Source: a bacterium
GTDB taxonomy: Bacteria; Patescibacteriota; Saccharimonadia; Saccharimonadales; AWTP1-31
Direction of reading: 5' to 3'
Assembly (NCBI GenBank): GCA_030426125.1
Contig: JAUHZB010000002.1
Location: forward strand, 3,633 to 67,632
Length of the DNA stretch: 64,000 nt
The position numbers and the translations under genes are program-made. Below are positions 23,780-35,100 of the stretch, in pieces. A model generated the notes under the pieces. It ran no database searches and was not told the origin of the DNA. It was given only the letters and a program-made list of their open reading frames with translations. Positions within the stretch are counted from its first letter, which is position 1; every line of letters begins with the position of its first letter.

Positions 23780-24985
23780 TTAATCTCTAGGTAGGTAGCA
23801 ATCATTGCACTGCTGGTCACGTAAGGCTTCTTTTCCGGCCTCCCATAGACTAGGATCACCGAGAGCAACTTTGCGCCAGTACCACATTTCTACACCCCAT
23901 AGATCGATCTCACGCATGCCAGTTGCTTTTCCAAACTTGATACGATCAGTTAATCTTTCAGCATTTAGAGATTTGTTTTGTTCCTCTATAGATATTTCGT
24001 TAATTCCTTTATTTGGTCCCCAGGGCTCGGCTTGTAGTTCATGGACTATTAGGTCTTTACCGGTGACAATTTTACCAGCCCCGGCTAGGAAGGCATAGAA
24101 CCAGGCTGGGAATGGATATTCGAAATAACGTTTAGTAATATTGGCGTCCCAAACTCTTTTATATATAGAAATACCAAAGCGGTCTGGTTGAGGTTGGCCT
24201 ATAGGAAGACCAAGGGCGTTGTTGCTACGACTAATAATTAAAGTGGTTTCGGGATCTACTTCTTTTACTAGCTTGGCTTCATCAATTAGGCGGTCACGAG
24301 AGAAGTCTGGACAAATTCCAAAGACGTCAAGGAAGAATTCATTTTCTAGTTGGTAACTGTCTAGTGCCGGGCTGTTCTTGTAGCGTTCCATGACCTTAGT
24401 CATAAAAGTTTTAAGCTGTGGGTACCATACGTCCATCGGCTGGTTTTCGGCCCACGAGGGCATATGGCACTCTGGCCAGCGCGGTTGGCGTAGGCCGATT
24501 GCCAGAGATACCGTCGCGTTAACGGCTTCAGCTTTTTTAAACTGCCAATCTAGTTCTCTGAAGTCGTACTGACCAGGTGTTTTCTCGATTTCATTCCAAT
24601 AACTTACCAGTCGGAAGTGTCTTAGATTAAGGTCATCGATCATCGCTTGCATGGTGCTTTTTGGTTCTAGTCCAAAAGAGCGGGCGTAGCTGGGGATAAA
24701 GGTGGCTCCAAATTTTAATTCTTTGTGCGATTGAGTAGCTATATACCAGCGGGCTATTCCGTAGGAACTGCTGACTATTAGAATCAGGATGGCTAAGAAG
24801 ATTAGGCCAATCTTTTGAAGTAGATTACGCTCTTTCCACCAAAACTTGGGTTTTTCAATTCTAAAACGATTAATTAGACGTTTATAGAGACGTCGTTCTT
24901 TTGGTCCATACTGTTTTTTGAGCATGGCTTTCTCTCTGTTGAGTTCGGCTTTGGTTGGTTTTTTAGGCGGTTTTTTTGATTTCAT
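23780..24985 (-). CDS. membrane-anchored putative glycoside hydrolase (TIM-barrel, GH5-like)
   Basis: Basic N-terminus plus one TM. YQLENEFF (NE acid/base-like) and a later HELQAEPWG (nucleophile-Glu-like) in GH-A clan order. Weak family call. Confidence 0.4.
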   Translation of the reverse strand: MKSKKPPKKPTKAELNREKAMLKKQYGPKERRLYKRLINRFRIEKPKFWWKERNLLQKIGLIFLAILILIVSSSYGIARWYIATQSHKELKFGATFIPSYARSFGLEPKSTMQAMIDDLNLRHFRLVSYWNEIEKTPGQYDFRELDWQFKKAEAVNATVSLAIGLRQPRWPECHMPSWAENQPMDVWYPQLKTFMTKVMERYKNSPALDSYQLENEFFLDVFGICPDFSRDRLIDEAKLVKEVDPETTLIISRSNNALGLPIGQPQPDRFGISIYKRVWDANITKRYFEYPFPAWFYAFLAGAGKIVTGKDLIVHELQAEPWGPNKGINEISIEEQNKSLNAERLTDRIKFGKATGMREIDLWGVEMWYWRKVALGDPSLWEAGKEALRDQQCNDCYLPRD

Positions 24986-25009
24986 TTGCTACTATTTAAG
25001 TTATTGATC

Positions 25010-25870
25010 ATGAATAAAACATTAACGGTTTCAATCATTATACCAGTCTACAACGAAGAGGACTACCTTAGGCAGTGCTTAGAATCTATAGAAGATCAAA
25101 CTATCCAGCCGGCTGAAGTGATCGTGGTCGATAATAACTCGACCGATAAAACGATTCAGATCGCAAAAAGTTTTAAATTTACCACCGTTGTGGTTGAGAA
25201 GAATCAAGGGGTGCTTTATGCTAGAACCAAAGGCTTTGACATGGCAAAATCAGATATTATTGGGCGAATTGATGCCGATACTCGGTTGGAGCCAGATTGG
25301 GTTGAGAGACTAATTGAAGTGTTTTCTACTAATAGCAGTGTTGATGCCGTAACAGGTTCGTCCCATGTTTACGATATGCCCTTGTCCCCCTGGAACCATA
25401 AGTTAGAAGATGTTTTTAAACATAATTTATTTACTTATGAAAAAGACTTCCCTTTCTTATTCGGCACCAATATGGCTCTGCGCAAATCTGCATGGAATTC
25501 AGTAAAAAGTTTACTTTGCCAGGACGACTATATATTCGAAGACTCTGATCTAGCCATCCATTTATACCAGGCTGGTCATAAGCTTCTCTACGACAAGAAA
25601 CTGAGAGCTGGAATGTCAGCTCGACGTTATAAGGATTCGGTGGCTGACTTTAAGAAATACATTAATCTGCAGAGCCTAACCTACAAGAAGCATGACATCC
25701 ATACTGTTGGCTCAAAGGTGGCAATTGCCGCCTATTTTGCCGGCTATATCCTAGGCAGGCCATTATCTAAGGCCTATGACAGTAAAAGCCAGACTCGTTC
25801 AGTTAGACACCTTCTGTTCGGAAAGAACGAAGCTAGAGAGCATCCTTTTCAGGCCGAAGATAACGAGTAG
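25010..25870 (+). CDS. family 2 glycosyltransferase
   Basis: ATG 25010 (MNKTLTVSIIIPVYNEE). VVDNNSTD and RIDADT (DxD-like). The track start at 24986 is a TTG abutting the divergent gene. Confidence 0.8.
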   Translation: MNKTLTVSIIIPVYNEEDYLRQCLESIEDQTIQPAEVIVVDNNSTDKTIQIAKSFKFTTVVVEKNQGVLYARTKGFDMAKSDIIGRIDADTRLEPDWVERLIEVFSTNSSVDAVTGSSHVYDMPLSPWNHKLEDVFKHNLFTYEKDFPFLFGTNMALRKSAWNSVKSLLCQDDYIFEDSDLAIHLYQAGHKLLYDKKLRAGMSARRYKDSVADFKKYINLQSLTYKKHDIHTVGSKVAIAAYFAGYILGRPLSKAYDSKSQTRSVRHLLFGKNEAREHPFQAEDNE

Positions 25871-25891
25871 ATATTTTCTAGCAGTTATTTT

Positions 25892-26464
25892 TTAGTATTC
25901 CGTCTTTATATATCCATCATCACTGCGTATGATGTTGCAACTCGACCATAAGCCTCGCCCCTCGTCTTCGGCTTGCTGCTGGTAGCCTTTAAAAGGTTCA
26001 ATCCGCGAGAACGGAAAGCTGGTATAGGCGAACCCGTAACCTTGTTTAATAATTTCAGCATTAACGAAAGTACCCTCAGGCAGATAAACATATCGTAGTA
26101 ATCTTTGGTAGCGGTCACGATTGGTGTTGATTGGATCAGCTTCTAGTCTGACTAAGTTGTCTGCTATTAGATTCCGAGTAAACTCACTGGCTGCTTGTCC
26201 AAAACACTGAACTTGTTTACGGGGATCTTTGGTCTCCGGAGTATCAACTCCGATAAGGCGGACGGTTTCCTTGGTCCCAGCCATGTCCACTACTATGGTA
26301 TCGCCGTCAACAACTGAGATTACGTTATATAGTCCTGGCTGGGTTTGCTCAGCTGTCTTGGCAATCGGCTCGATTAAGCCGGTTTGCTGAAGTAAGGCGA
26401 CTACTAATAGTAATAAGGCGCCAATTAGAATATTAGTTTTCTTTTTTGTTAGTAGTTTAGCCAT
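25892..26464 (-). CDS. secreted thermonuclease (staphylococcal-nuclease fold)
   Basis: Signal/anchor, VVDGDTIVV, VRLIGVDTPE, and RYQRLLRYVY..G..VN.E.IKQGYG. Confidence 0.85.
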   Translation of the reverse strand: MAKLLTKKKTNILIGALLLLVVALLQQTGLIEPIAKTAEQTQPGLYNVISVVDGDTIVVDMAGTKETVRLIGVDTPETKDPRKQVQCFGQAASEFTRNLIADNLVRLEADPINTNRDRYQRLLRYVYLPEGTFVNAEIIKQGYGFAYTSFPFSRIEPFKGYQQQAEDEGRGLWSSCNIIRSDDGYIKTEY

Positions 26465-26506
26465 ATCTCTCTGTCCTATATGTTATTTCCGTTAAAGCCG
26501 ATGGGG

Positions 26507-27046
26507 TTAAATGATCTTATGTTGTTGGAGCATGCTACGGACATATGACTTGGTGATTTGTTGACCGTCCAGTTCGATTACTGATTCATGGTCTTTGGGG
26601 TGTTGTAGTTTGGAAGATAATTCTGCAAATCTAATATCGGACATTTGTTGCCCCAGAACTCTATTTCCAGAGTTGTCGCTAATATTTTGAGCTCTTTTTT
26701 TAGCTAATCCTATTGGAGCTTTGACCCACACTACAACAGTATCTATCCCAAGTTTAGTCGCTATTAATCGTAGTTTATCGCGGTCTTTTTGGTGATTGAA
26801 AGCGGTGTCATAAACCACACTTTGCCCAGATTGTAGCAGATCAGTGGATTGTTTGTTTAGGCGTTCATAAAGCTGGTCGTTTTCGGTTTGACTGTAGCTG
26901 GGTTGGTCCTTTTCTTTTCGCCTTTCAAAGTCGGCCCAGATATGTCGGGCCGGAATACTTTCAGCAATTAACTTGGCAGCCGTAGTCTTCCCAGAACCGG
27001 GATAACCTAGCATCAGTAGTAGTATCGGCTTATTGGAGCTCATCAA
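26507..27046 (-). CDS. P-loop kinase-like ATP-binding protein (AAA_33/zeta-toxin-like fold)
   Basis: Walker A GYPGSGKTT near the N-terminus. About 180 aa. No substrate motif recognised. Confidence 0.5.
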   Translation of the reverse strand: MMSSNKPILLLMLGYPGSGKTTAAKLIAESIPARHIWADFERRKEKDQPSYSQTENDQLYERLNKQSTDLLQSGQSVVYDTAFNHQKDRDKLRLIATKLGIDTVVVWVKAPIGLAKKRAQNISDNSGNRVLGQQMSDIRFAELSSKLQHPKDHESVIELDGQQITKSYVRSMLQQHKII

Positions 27047-27094
27047 CTCTTAGTTTACACCACTACTCAGAAGTCCCGGATTAGTAATTTATTT

Positions 27095-27664
27095 TTAGTA
27101 ATCTATTCCGGGATTAGCTAGGAATTTATCGTCAAAGTGGTGTTTGATCTTGGACATTTCAGTAGCGATGTCTACTAAACTGAGCAATTCTTCTGGGAAG
27201 TTTCGACCAGTTAGGCATAGGTTGGTATTTGGAGCCTTATCTTTAATTAATTTTTTCAGCTGACTCTTAGTTATTAGTCCATCATTCACAGCATTGTTAA
27301 GTTCGTCACAGATTACTAGATCGTATTCTCCGCTAGTAACGTCCTGGTAGGCACGATCATAGGTTTCTTTGGCAGCTTGTTTATGTTGAGCCTCGGTAAT
27401 TTGTTTGGGGCTTAGATCTCCAGCTTTATAGAAACCCTTACCACCTTTATAGAAAGACAGTTGATCTTTGTATAGTGGCTGGATGTCACGAATAAAAACA
27501 TGTTCACTAACTCCCCAGTATTTAATAAACTGGACGAAAGAAACATTCCAACGGTTGCCTAAGGATCTAACCATCAAACCAAGGCTGGCGCTAGTCTTGC
27601 CTTTATTTTCGCCAGTATAAACAATTACAACTGATTCTTTGGTTTTAAAGTCTTCAAAAGCCAT
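27095..27664 (-). CDS. cobO: cob(I)yrinic acid a,c-diamide / cob(I)alamin adenosyltransferase (CobO/BtuR type)
   Basis: GENKGKTSASLGL..R..G....V.FVQFIK, LVICDELN, LTGRNFPEEL and ATEMSKIKHHF match the CobA/CobO pattern. Confidence 0.75.
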   Translation of the reverse strand: MAFEDFKTKESVVIVYTGENKGKTSASLGLMVRSLGNRWNVSFVQFIKYWGVSEHVFIRDIQPLYKDQLSFYKGGKGFYKAGDLSPKQITEAQHKQAAKETYDRAYQDVTSGEYDLVICDELNNAVNDGLITKSQLKKLIKDKAPNTNLCLTGRNFPEELLSLVDIATEMSKIKHHFDDKFLANPGIDY

Positions 27665-27705
27665 AGTAGTAATATTGTGGCAGATTAAAAAACAGCTGCA
27701 AGTTT

Positions 27706-28212
27706 TTAGGCAGCGGTGTTTGGATTAGCGTTTGCACCTAGTGACTCTATTGGGGCTAGTGGGCTGCTAGCTGCATCAGCTTGATCCATGCTGGCCCTCT
27801 GGTACATTAGTTTTATGGCGATATTGGCTCTGAGTAGTTCATTATCTAGGCTGATTCTACGACAGGCTTCTGCACTCAGACTTAGCCAGCTACTAGTTCG
27901 GAATTCTTCGGTTTCCTGTTCAAGATAATAACGATCACTGAACTTTTCTTTGGGGTTTTCTCGTTTCAAATTTTCTATTTCTGCGTTGTGTTCTTCAACC
28001 CACTCAGGGAAATGATCTGTTTCGGGCAGGTAGTCAACTAGCCCGTGGATCGGGTCATCTTCGCTACTGCTCTGAACAGAAGTTTCTAGTAGATATTGCA
28101 GCAAACTAGCGGTTCTGGTTATAGGAGTATTTCCGGCGCCACGAGCAGAGGATAATCTTCTTATTTCGGATAGGTCTAATTCGGCTGAAGGGCTATTATC
28201 TTGATGTGTCAT
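27706..28212 (-). CDS. hypothetical acidic protein
   Basis: 168-aa ORF with no recognised motif. Confidence 0.4.
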   Translation of the reverse strand: MTHQDNSPSAELDLSEIRRLSSARGAGNTPITRTASLLQYLLETSVQSSSEDDPIHGLVDYLPETDHFPEWVEEHNAEIENLKRENPKEKFSDRYYLEQETEEFRTSSWLSLSAEACRRISLDNELLRANIAIKLMYQRASMDQADAASSPLAPIESLGANANPNTAA

Positions 28213-28345
28213 ATCTGCTCTCGACTAATTTCTAGCTTATAACAGGTATAGTATAACACAATTAGTGTAGTTCAGGAATAGCTAACACTAATTGTAGCGC
28301 CTAATGTGATATATATCACTTTCTAGGATTGTCTCTATTGCTGAT

Positions 28346-28573
28346 TTATTTTTCTAAGGCTTCGTCAATCTTTTGTCTATCAAAACCAACTATTGTAGTA
28401 CCGTTAATATCGACTACAGGAGTAGCAATAACTGGCGCGTGTTCTTTAACCCAGTTGTAGGCTTTTGGATTATCGCTGATGTCGTATTCTTTGAAATCAA
28501 CTTTCTTTTTCTTTAGATATTCTCTAACCATATGACAGTAGGCGCAGTCTGGAGAGCTATATAGTGTTATCAT
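28346..28573 (-). CDS. glutaredoxin-like protein (NrdH-like)
   Basis: 75 aa with a CAYC redox motif at residues 10-13. The thioredoxin-fold length and pattern fit (TPVVDING..IVGFD). Confidence 0.7.
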   Translation of the reverse strand: MITLYSSPDCAYCHMVREYLKKKKVDFKEYDISDNPKAYNWVKEHAPVIATPVVDINGTTIVGFDRQKIDEALEK

Positions 28574-28647
28574 ATAGCTAGTATAACGCTTATCTTAAGA
28601 TTATTTCCAGTTAATCTTTAGTTTCGCGAGTTTTTTGATTATAACTA

Positions 28648-28677
28648 TTGCTACCATTGGTCGACTACTGTTATAAT
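28648..28677 (+). promoter_or_regulatory. candidate sigma70-type promoter of the atp operon
   Basis: TTGCTA (28648-53), 18-nt spacer, TATAAT (28672-77), about 50 nt upstream of atpB. Confidence 0.35.
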
Positions 28678-28729
28678 ACTAGCCATTGATGACTTATACC
28701 GCCGCTAACAGAACGACGAAAGTATTTGA

Positions 28730-29629
28730 GTGCGCAAACTCTCAGTTTGGTGGTCTTTCATGTTAGGTCTAAATTTGTTTCGGTCAATGGTTGGATTTGC
28801 CAGTGAAGATGGTCCACATATTGCCCTGACCCCGGAGAAGGTTACTGAAGTTGCCGGACTGACCATTAGTAACTCCTTTATCTATGGATTCTTAACGGCC
28901 GCTTTATTGGTCGTAATTTTATTTATTGCTAAATCTAAAGTTCACCTTAAGGCTGCCAGAGGAATTACTCAAATTGTCGAAATTTTGGTTGAATTCGTGA
29001 TTGGCTTAATAGAATCCCCGCTTGGCTCTCGGGCGAAAGCCGTAAAATACGCCCCTATTTTTGGTACTTTCCTGCTTTTTATTATAATCAGCAACCTACT
29101 TGGGTTGTTACCGATAGTAGGTCCTGGCGTTTATGCCAACACCGCCGAAGGTCAAACGCCGCTATTTAGGCCATTCACAGCTGATCTAAACGGCACTATT
29201 GCCATGTCGGTGATCGCTATTATTATCGTTCAGTATCTGTCAATTAAAGAATCTGGCTTCCTAGGGCACCTCAAGCACTACTTCACAGACAAACCCTTAA
29301 ACCCGATCAATACTTTTATTGGAATCCTAGAGGTTCTTGGTGAGCTAACTAGGATTATGAGCCTAAGTTTAAGGCTTTTCTTAAACACTGCAGTTGGTGA
29401 AATCCTAATCAGTGTGTTTGCCTACATCGGTAAAGATTTCCGGTCTTTCACTATTCTACCGATTGTTACTTTTGAGATTTTAGTTGCTGGAATTCAGGCG
29501 TACGTGTTTACTATGTTATGCGCCACATATTTAGGCCTTGCTATATCGCATGGCCATGACGATGAACAACCTGCCCACGAAGTTGATCCGGTCGTATCGG
29601 CCCTCGAGGGAGAAGTTGTTAGCCATTAA
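28730..29629 (+). CDS. atpB: F0F1 ATP synthase subunit a
   Basis: Polytopic. LSLRLFLN contains the essential Arg motif (LRLFGN-like). First gene of the atp operon. The start is uncertain (GTG 28730 or ATG 28760). Confidence 0.85.
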   Translation: MRKLSVWWSFMLGLNLFRSMVGFASEDGPHIALTPEKVTEVAGLTISNSFIYGFLTAALLVVILFIAKSKVHLKAARGITQIVEILVEFVIGLIESPLGSRAKAVKYAPIFGTFLLFIIISNLLGLLPIVGPGVYANTAEGQTPLFRPFTADLNGTIAMSVIAIIIVQYLSIKESGFLGHLKHYFTDKPLNPINTFIGILEVLGELTRIMSLSLRLFLNTAVGEILISVFAYIGKDFRSFTILPIVTFEILVAGIQAYVFTMLCATYLGLAISHGHDDEQPAHEVDPVVSALEGEVVSH

Positions 29630-29697
29630 CAAATTAATAATCCATAGGATCGTTCAGTAATGGGCACTTATGGTACAAACTAAAAGGAGATAATATT

Positions 29698-29946
29698 ATG
29701 GCACCACAATTAACAACCTTTGCAGCAGAAGCAACAAGCTCTGGACTATTTGACACCAAATGGTTCTTCATGGCGCTTGCTATGTTTGGTGCAGCAATGG
29801 GACTAGGCTTGGTTGGACAAGCATACATGAAGGCCATTGGCCGAAATCCAGAAGCTGGTAAAGCAGCTAGTCAGGTGGTCATTATTGCAGCTATGATCGA
29901 AGTTACTGCACTTTTGACATTCCTAGGCGCATTAATCATTAACTAG
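29698..29946 (+). CDS. atpE: F0F1 ATP synthase subunit c
   Basis: 82-aa hairpin protein with the GRNPE loop and a carboxylate in helix 2 (AAMIEVTAL). AGGAGA RBS upstream. Confidence 0.9.
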   Translation: MAPQLTTFAAEATSSGLFDTKWFFMALAMFGAAMGLGLVGQAYMKAIGRNPEAGKAASQVVIIAAMIEVTALLTFLGALIIN

Positions 29947-29959
29947 AGATAGGAAATAT

Positions 29960-30514
29960 ATGCTCGAGGTACTAACAAAATTAAACATTTTAGCTCAAAC
30001 CGCGGAAGGAGCCGAACCGGAAGGTGTGGCCGTTCTCGGTATTGACATTAAAGTTATCTTGCTTCAAGCAGGTACTTTCCTGCTACTCTTCTTCATTATT
30101 AAGAAGTTTGCCTTGGAAAGTATTGTTAGTACTCTCGAGCAGCGTCGAAAGACTATCGACAAAGGTGTCGACCTTGGTGTCGAGATGGAAAAGAAAAAAG
30201 CCGAATTTGACGAGGAAGCCAAAAAGCTTCACCAGCAGGCTCAAGCCGAAGCAGATAAGATAATCGCCGGCGCCTCTAAAGAAGCAGATGAGATTATGCG
30301 TAAAGGTGAAGAAGATGCTAATAAGAAGATCGAAAAAATGATGCTTGAGGCTGAGTCTCGGATTGACCGTGAAGTAGATAAGGCCAAAGATCAGCTTAAA
30401 GGCGAGATGTTAAGTCTAGTGTCCGAAGCTACTGAAGTCATTATTGGCGAGAAGCTGGATAAGAATAAAGACAGTAGCCTGATCGAGCGGGCTCTTAAGA
30501 AGGTTAGAGGCTAA
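29960..30514 (+). CDS. atpF: F0F1 ATP synthase subunit b
   Basis: One N-terminal TM followed by a long charged coiled coil (KKKAEFDEEAKKLHQQAQAEADKI). Confidence 0.85.
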   Translation: MLEVLTKLNILAQTAEGAEPEGVAVLGIDIKVILLQAGTFLLLFFIIKKFALESIVSTLEQRRKTIDKGVDLGVEMEKKKAEFDEEAKKLHQQAQAEADKIIAGASKEADEIMRKGEEDANKKIEKMMLEAESRIDREVDKAKDQLKGEMLSLVSEATEVIIGEKLDKNKDSSLIERALKKVRG

Positions 30515-30909
30515 TGGTAGGTCGAGCAACTAATATGACTATTGCCAATGCTCTAATTGGCCAGTTTAAAGCTGGTGTTCAGCCCACTAAAGTGGCTGAA
30601 GGTTTAGCCGCCTATTTAATCGAAGAAAAGCGCATAAGTGATAAGAACGCAATACTGCGCGACGTTGAAAAGCGCCTATTTGCCGATCAGGGCTTACTAT
30701 ACGTACGCTCTACTTCAGCCCAGCAGTTAAGCCAGCAGTTGAAAGACAAAATAGCTGATATATTTAGCAACTCTACAGATGCTAAAAAAGTGGTGGTCAG
30801 TGAAGAAATAGATGGAGATGTAATTGGTGGTGTGCGATGTCAAACTACAGAATCGGTCCTAGATTTGACCATACGCCGGCAGATATATCAATTAAAAAGA
30901 AGCAATTAG
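30514..30909 (+). CDS. atpH: F0F1 ATP synthase subunit delta (short form)
   Basis: Its position lies between atpF and atpA, and it has the OSCP-like C-terminus EEIDGDVIGGVRCQT...LDLTIRRQ. It is only 131 aa. Confidence 0.7.
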   Translation: MVGRATNMTIANALIGQFKAGVQPTKVAEGLAAYLIEEKRISDKNAILRDVEKRLFADQGLLYVRSTSAQQLSQQLKDKIADIFSNSTDAKKVVVSEEIDGDVIGGVRCQTTESVLDLTIRRQIYQLKRSN

Positions 30910-30937
30910 TAACAGGCAGGAATAATTAGGAGATAAT

Positions 30938-32476
30938 ATGGCAGAAATTAACATCAAAGAACTATCCAAAGAATTGCGTAGTGCAATCGAAGATCTAAAG
31001 ACCAATCCAGAAATTGAAAAAGTCGGTATTGTTACTCGAATTGGCGACGGTATTGCTTGGATATATGGCCTACAAAACTGTGGCTATAACGAAATGATCG
31101 ACATCGAAACCGAATCTGGGATTGTGCCTGCCTTTGCTCTGAACCTACAAGAAGGTGAAATTGGTGCTGTGCTTATGGGTGAAGATACTCTAGTAAAGGC
31201 TGGTGACCGCGTTAAACTTACCGGTAAAGTTATGGAAATACCAGTCGGCCCTGAGCTTATTGGCCGAGTAGTTGATCCCTTGGGCCGTCCCCTAGACAAC
31301 AAAGGTCCGATCAAGGCTAAACACACTGGACTGGTAGAACGGGACGCACCGGGTGTGCTAGATCGACAAAGTGTTAGTGAACCGTTAATGACGGGATTAG
31401 TTTCTATCGATGCCATGGTGCCTATTGGCCGTGGTCAACGTGAGCTAATTATTGGCGACCGTCAGACTGGTAAAACCGCCGTAGCAATTGACACAATGAT
31501 TAACCAGCATCGTCAGAAAACAGGCGTTATTAACATTTACGTTGCCATTGGTCAGAAAATGAGCAAGGTCTCACGAATAGTTGAGCGCTTAAAGCGTGAC
31601 GGTGTAATGGATCAGACCATAATTGTCGCCACTAGTGCAGCAGATCCTGCCAGCTTACAGTTCCTAGCTCCCTACTCTGGCGCTGCTATGGGTGAATATT
31701 TCCGAGACAACAAACAACATGCCCTAATTACTTACGACGATTTATCTAAGCATGCTGTGGCTTATCGGCAGATGTCGCTATTGTTACGACGTCCACCAGG
31801 CCGTGAAGCTTACCCTGGAGATGTCTTCTACCTACACAGCCGCTTACTGGAGCGATCTGCCAAAATGAGTGATGCTAAGGGCGGCGGAAGTCTTACTGCC
31901 CTGCCAATTATTGAAACTCAGGCTGGAGATATTTCGGCTTTCATCCCAACTAACGTTATTTCAATTACCGACGGTCAGATCTTCATGGAAACAAATCTAT
32001 TCAACCAAGGTATTCGACCGGCCATATCAGTCGGTTTATCAGTATCTAGGGTTGGTGGTGCTGCTCAGACTAAGGCAGTTCGAAGCGTAGCTGGAAGTTT
32101 GAGGCTGGATCTAGCTCAGTTCCGTGAGCTGGCTGCTTTTGCCCAGTTTAGTAGTGATCTTGATGCTGAAACCAAGCAAAAGATTGAACGTGGTCAGCGC
32201 TTAACTGAACTACTAAAACAGCCACAGTATTCTCCGTACAGTATTTGGGAGCAAACTGTTTCGCTACTAGCGGCCACTAACGGTGCTTTTGACACAGTTG
32301 AAGTGAAGAACATTAAAGAGGCTCAAGCCAAGCTACTGCATCGAATGTCTAGCGATCATAAGAAGTTAGTTCAGGAGATAAATAAAGGCGCTAAACCGGA
32401 TGATAAAACTAAAGAAATCGTTTTAAAGGTTGCAAAAGATGTAGCTGACGGATTTAAGGAAGAGGATAATGGCTAG
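30938..32476 (+). CDS. atpA: F0F1 ATP synthase subunit alpha
   Basis: Walker [36 protein letters not shown]. Confidence 0.97.
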   Translation: MAEINIKELSKELRSAIEDLKTNPEIEKVGIVTRIGDGIAWIYGLQNCGYNEMIDIETESGIVPAFALNLQEGEIGAVLMGEDTLVKAGDRVKLTGKVMEIPVGPELIGRVVDPLGRPLDNKGPIKAKHTGLVERDAPGVLDRQSVSEPLMTGLVSIDAMVPIGRGQRELIIGDRQTGKTAVAIDTMINQHRQKTGVINIYVAIGQKMSKVSRIVERLKRDGVMDQTIIVATSAADPASLQFLAPYSGAAMGEYFRDNKQHALITYDDLSKHAVAYRQMSLLLRRPPGREAYPGDVFYLHSRLLERSAKMSDAKGGGSLTALPIIETQAGDISAFIPTNVISITDGQIFMETNLFNQGIRPAISVGLSVSRVGGAAQTKAVRSVAGSLRLDLAQFRELAAFAQFSSDLDAETKQKIERGQRLTELLKQPQYSPYSIWEQTVSLLAATNGAFDTVEVKNIKEAQAKLLHRMSSDHKKLVQEINKGAKPDDKTKEIVLKVAKDVADGFKEEDNG

Positions 32477-33338
32477 TCGCCAACAGCTAAAAAGTCGTAT
32501 TGGTACAGTAAAAAATACCAAACAAATTACTAAGGCTATGGAGCTAGTTAGTGCTAGTAAGATGCGCCGGGCTCAGGAATTGGCTATTAAGAGCCGCGAT
32601 TACCGGGATTTAGCAACTCAGATATTAACTCGTTTACGAGAATTAACTGATGTTAGTATTCATCCTCTTTATGCTAAGCGAGAGATAAAAAACCGACTAC
32701 ATGTTGTAGTGACCTCAAATCGGGGTCTAGCCGGAGCATATAACAGTAATGTGTTGAGGCAGTTAACCAAAGAATTGATGCAAGACCGTGAGCAAGGTGT
32801 TGGAAGCCAGGTTATAGTCATTGGAAAACAAGGTGCTAAATTCATTGTTCGTTTTGAAGACGTTGAAGTATTAGCTGTCTTCCAGAACTTCCCCGACCAC
32901 CCTACTGCCAATGACATTAGACCAATCTTGGACATGGTTTTAGATAAGTTTAAGGCAGCTGAAGTTGATTTAGTTGACGTAACTTATACAGACTATAAGT
33001 CTAGTATTAACCAGGTTGTAACAGTTGAACGATTACTTCCAGCTGCTGCCGTTGATGTACCAATATCTGACGATCTAGAGCTTGCGGTATTTGAACCATC
33101 ACCAAAAGTCGTGCTAGATAATATCACTGAAAGATTAGTAGAAGCTCAGTTGAATCAGGCCTTCATGGAATCTAGTGCTAGTGAGCAGTCGATGCGAATG
33201 ATGGCTATGAAGAGTGCCACAGATAATGCTTCTGATCTTATCGAGGACTTAACTCTAGCCTTTAACACTGCTCGTCAGGCAGCAATTACCCAAGAATTGG
33301 CAGAAATATCTGGTGGAGCGGAGGCTATGAATGACTAA
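32469..33338 (+). CDS. atpG: F0F1 ATP synthase subunit gamma
   Basis: [30 protein letters not shown] at the N-terminus and [13 protein letters not shown] at the C-terminus. Confidence 0.95.
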   Translation: MASRQQLKSRIGTVKNTKQITKAMELVSASKMRRAQELAIKSRDYRDLATQILTRLRELTDVSIHPLYAKREIKNRLHVVVTSNRGLAGAYNSNVLRQLTKELMQDREQGVGSQVIVIGKQGAKFIVRFEDVEVLAVFQNFPDHPTANDIRPILDMVLDKFKAAEVDLVDVTYTDYKSSINQVVTVERLLPAAAVDVPISDDLELAVFEPSPKVVLDNITERLVEAQLNQAFMESSASEQSMRMMAMKSATDNASDLIEDLTLAFNTARQAAITQELAEISGGAEAMND

Positions 33339-33406
33339 GTTAAATGCACTTGCTGTAGGAGAATCAAGATGATAGCCAAAAGTCGAGAATTTGTTAATAT
33401 TTATAG

Positions 33407-34801
<1,395 letters not shown>

Positions 34802-34803
34802 CA

Positions 34804-35100
34804 ATGATCGGCGAAATGGGGCATGAAATAAGCGGCGATCTCCTGGATAGGGTCGTGTATTGTAGTGGCTTAGGAGACAGTTTTACTGACTTACCAGCTA
34901 CCCTAGTCCCAGTTATTGAAGAGGCATTAGTTGGTGGTGATGAAGCGGCTAGAGCCGAATTATCTGGTCCACTGCAAGAAACAAATTTATTTGAAGATAG
35001 ATTAGTGTTGTGTGCAGCAGAGCGTTGCGGTGAGATACTTGCTGAATTATCCGCTCAACGGCAAAGAGAAATAAATACAGTGATAGGACGTGGATGTTAA
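34804..35100 (+). CDS. uncharacterised acidic 98-aa protein inserted between atpD and atpC
   Basis: The ATG is 2 nt after the atpD stop. Its last codons overlap the atpC ATG (35094). No competing ORF. Protein-like composition with 4 Cys. Confidence 0.5.
   Translation: MIGEMGHEISGDLLDRVVYCSGLGDSFTDLPATLVPVIEEALVGGDEAARAELSGPLQETNLFEDRLVLCAAERCGEILAELSAQRQREINTVIGRGC

Noticed and set aside
24986-25009. A zero-nt divergent junction between the glycoside-hydrolase-like gene and the GT2 gene, as listed in the ORF track.
   Set aside because: The listed GT2 start is a TTG. The ATG at 25010 gives the canonical MNKTLTVSIIIPVYNEE N-terminus and leaves a 24-nt spacer.
28688-28765. A 25-aa upstream ORF (MTYTAANRTTKVFECANSQFGGLSC) before atpB, as a possible atpI-like or leader peptide.
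   Set aside because: It is too short, not hydrophobic, and overlaps the probable GTG start of atpB. There is no supporting signal.
30024-30263. A 79-aa + strand ORF overlapping atpF in another frame.
   Set aside because: It lies inside the well-supported b-subunit gene and has Ser/Leu/Lys-rich low-complexity composition.
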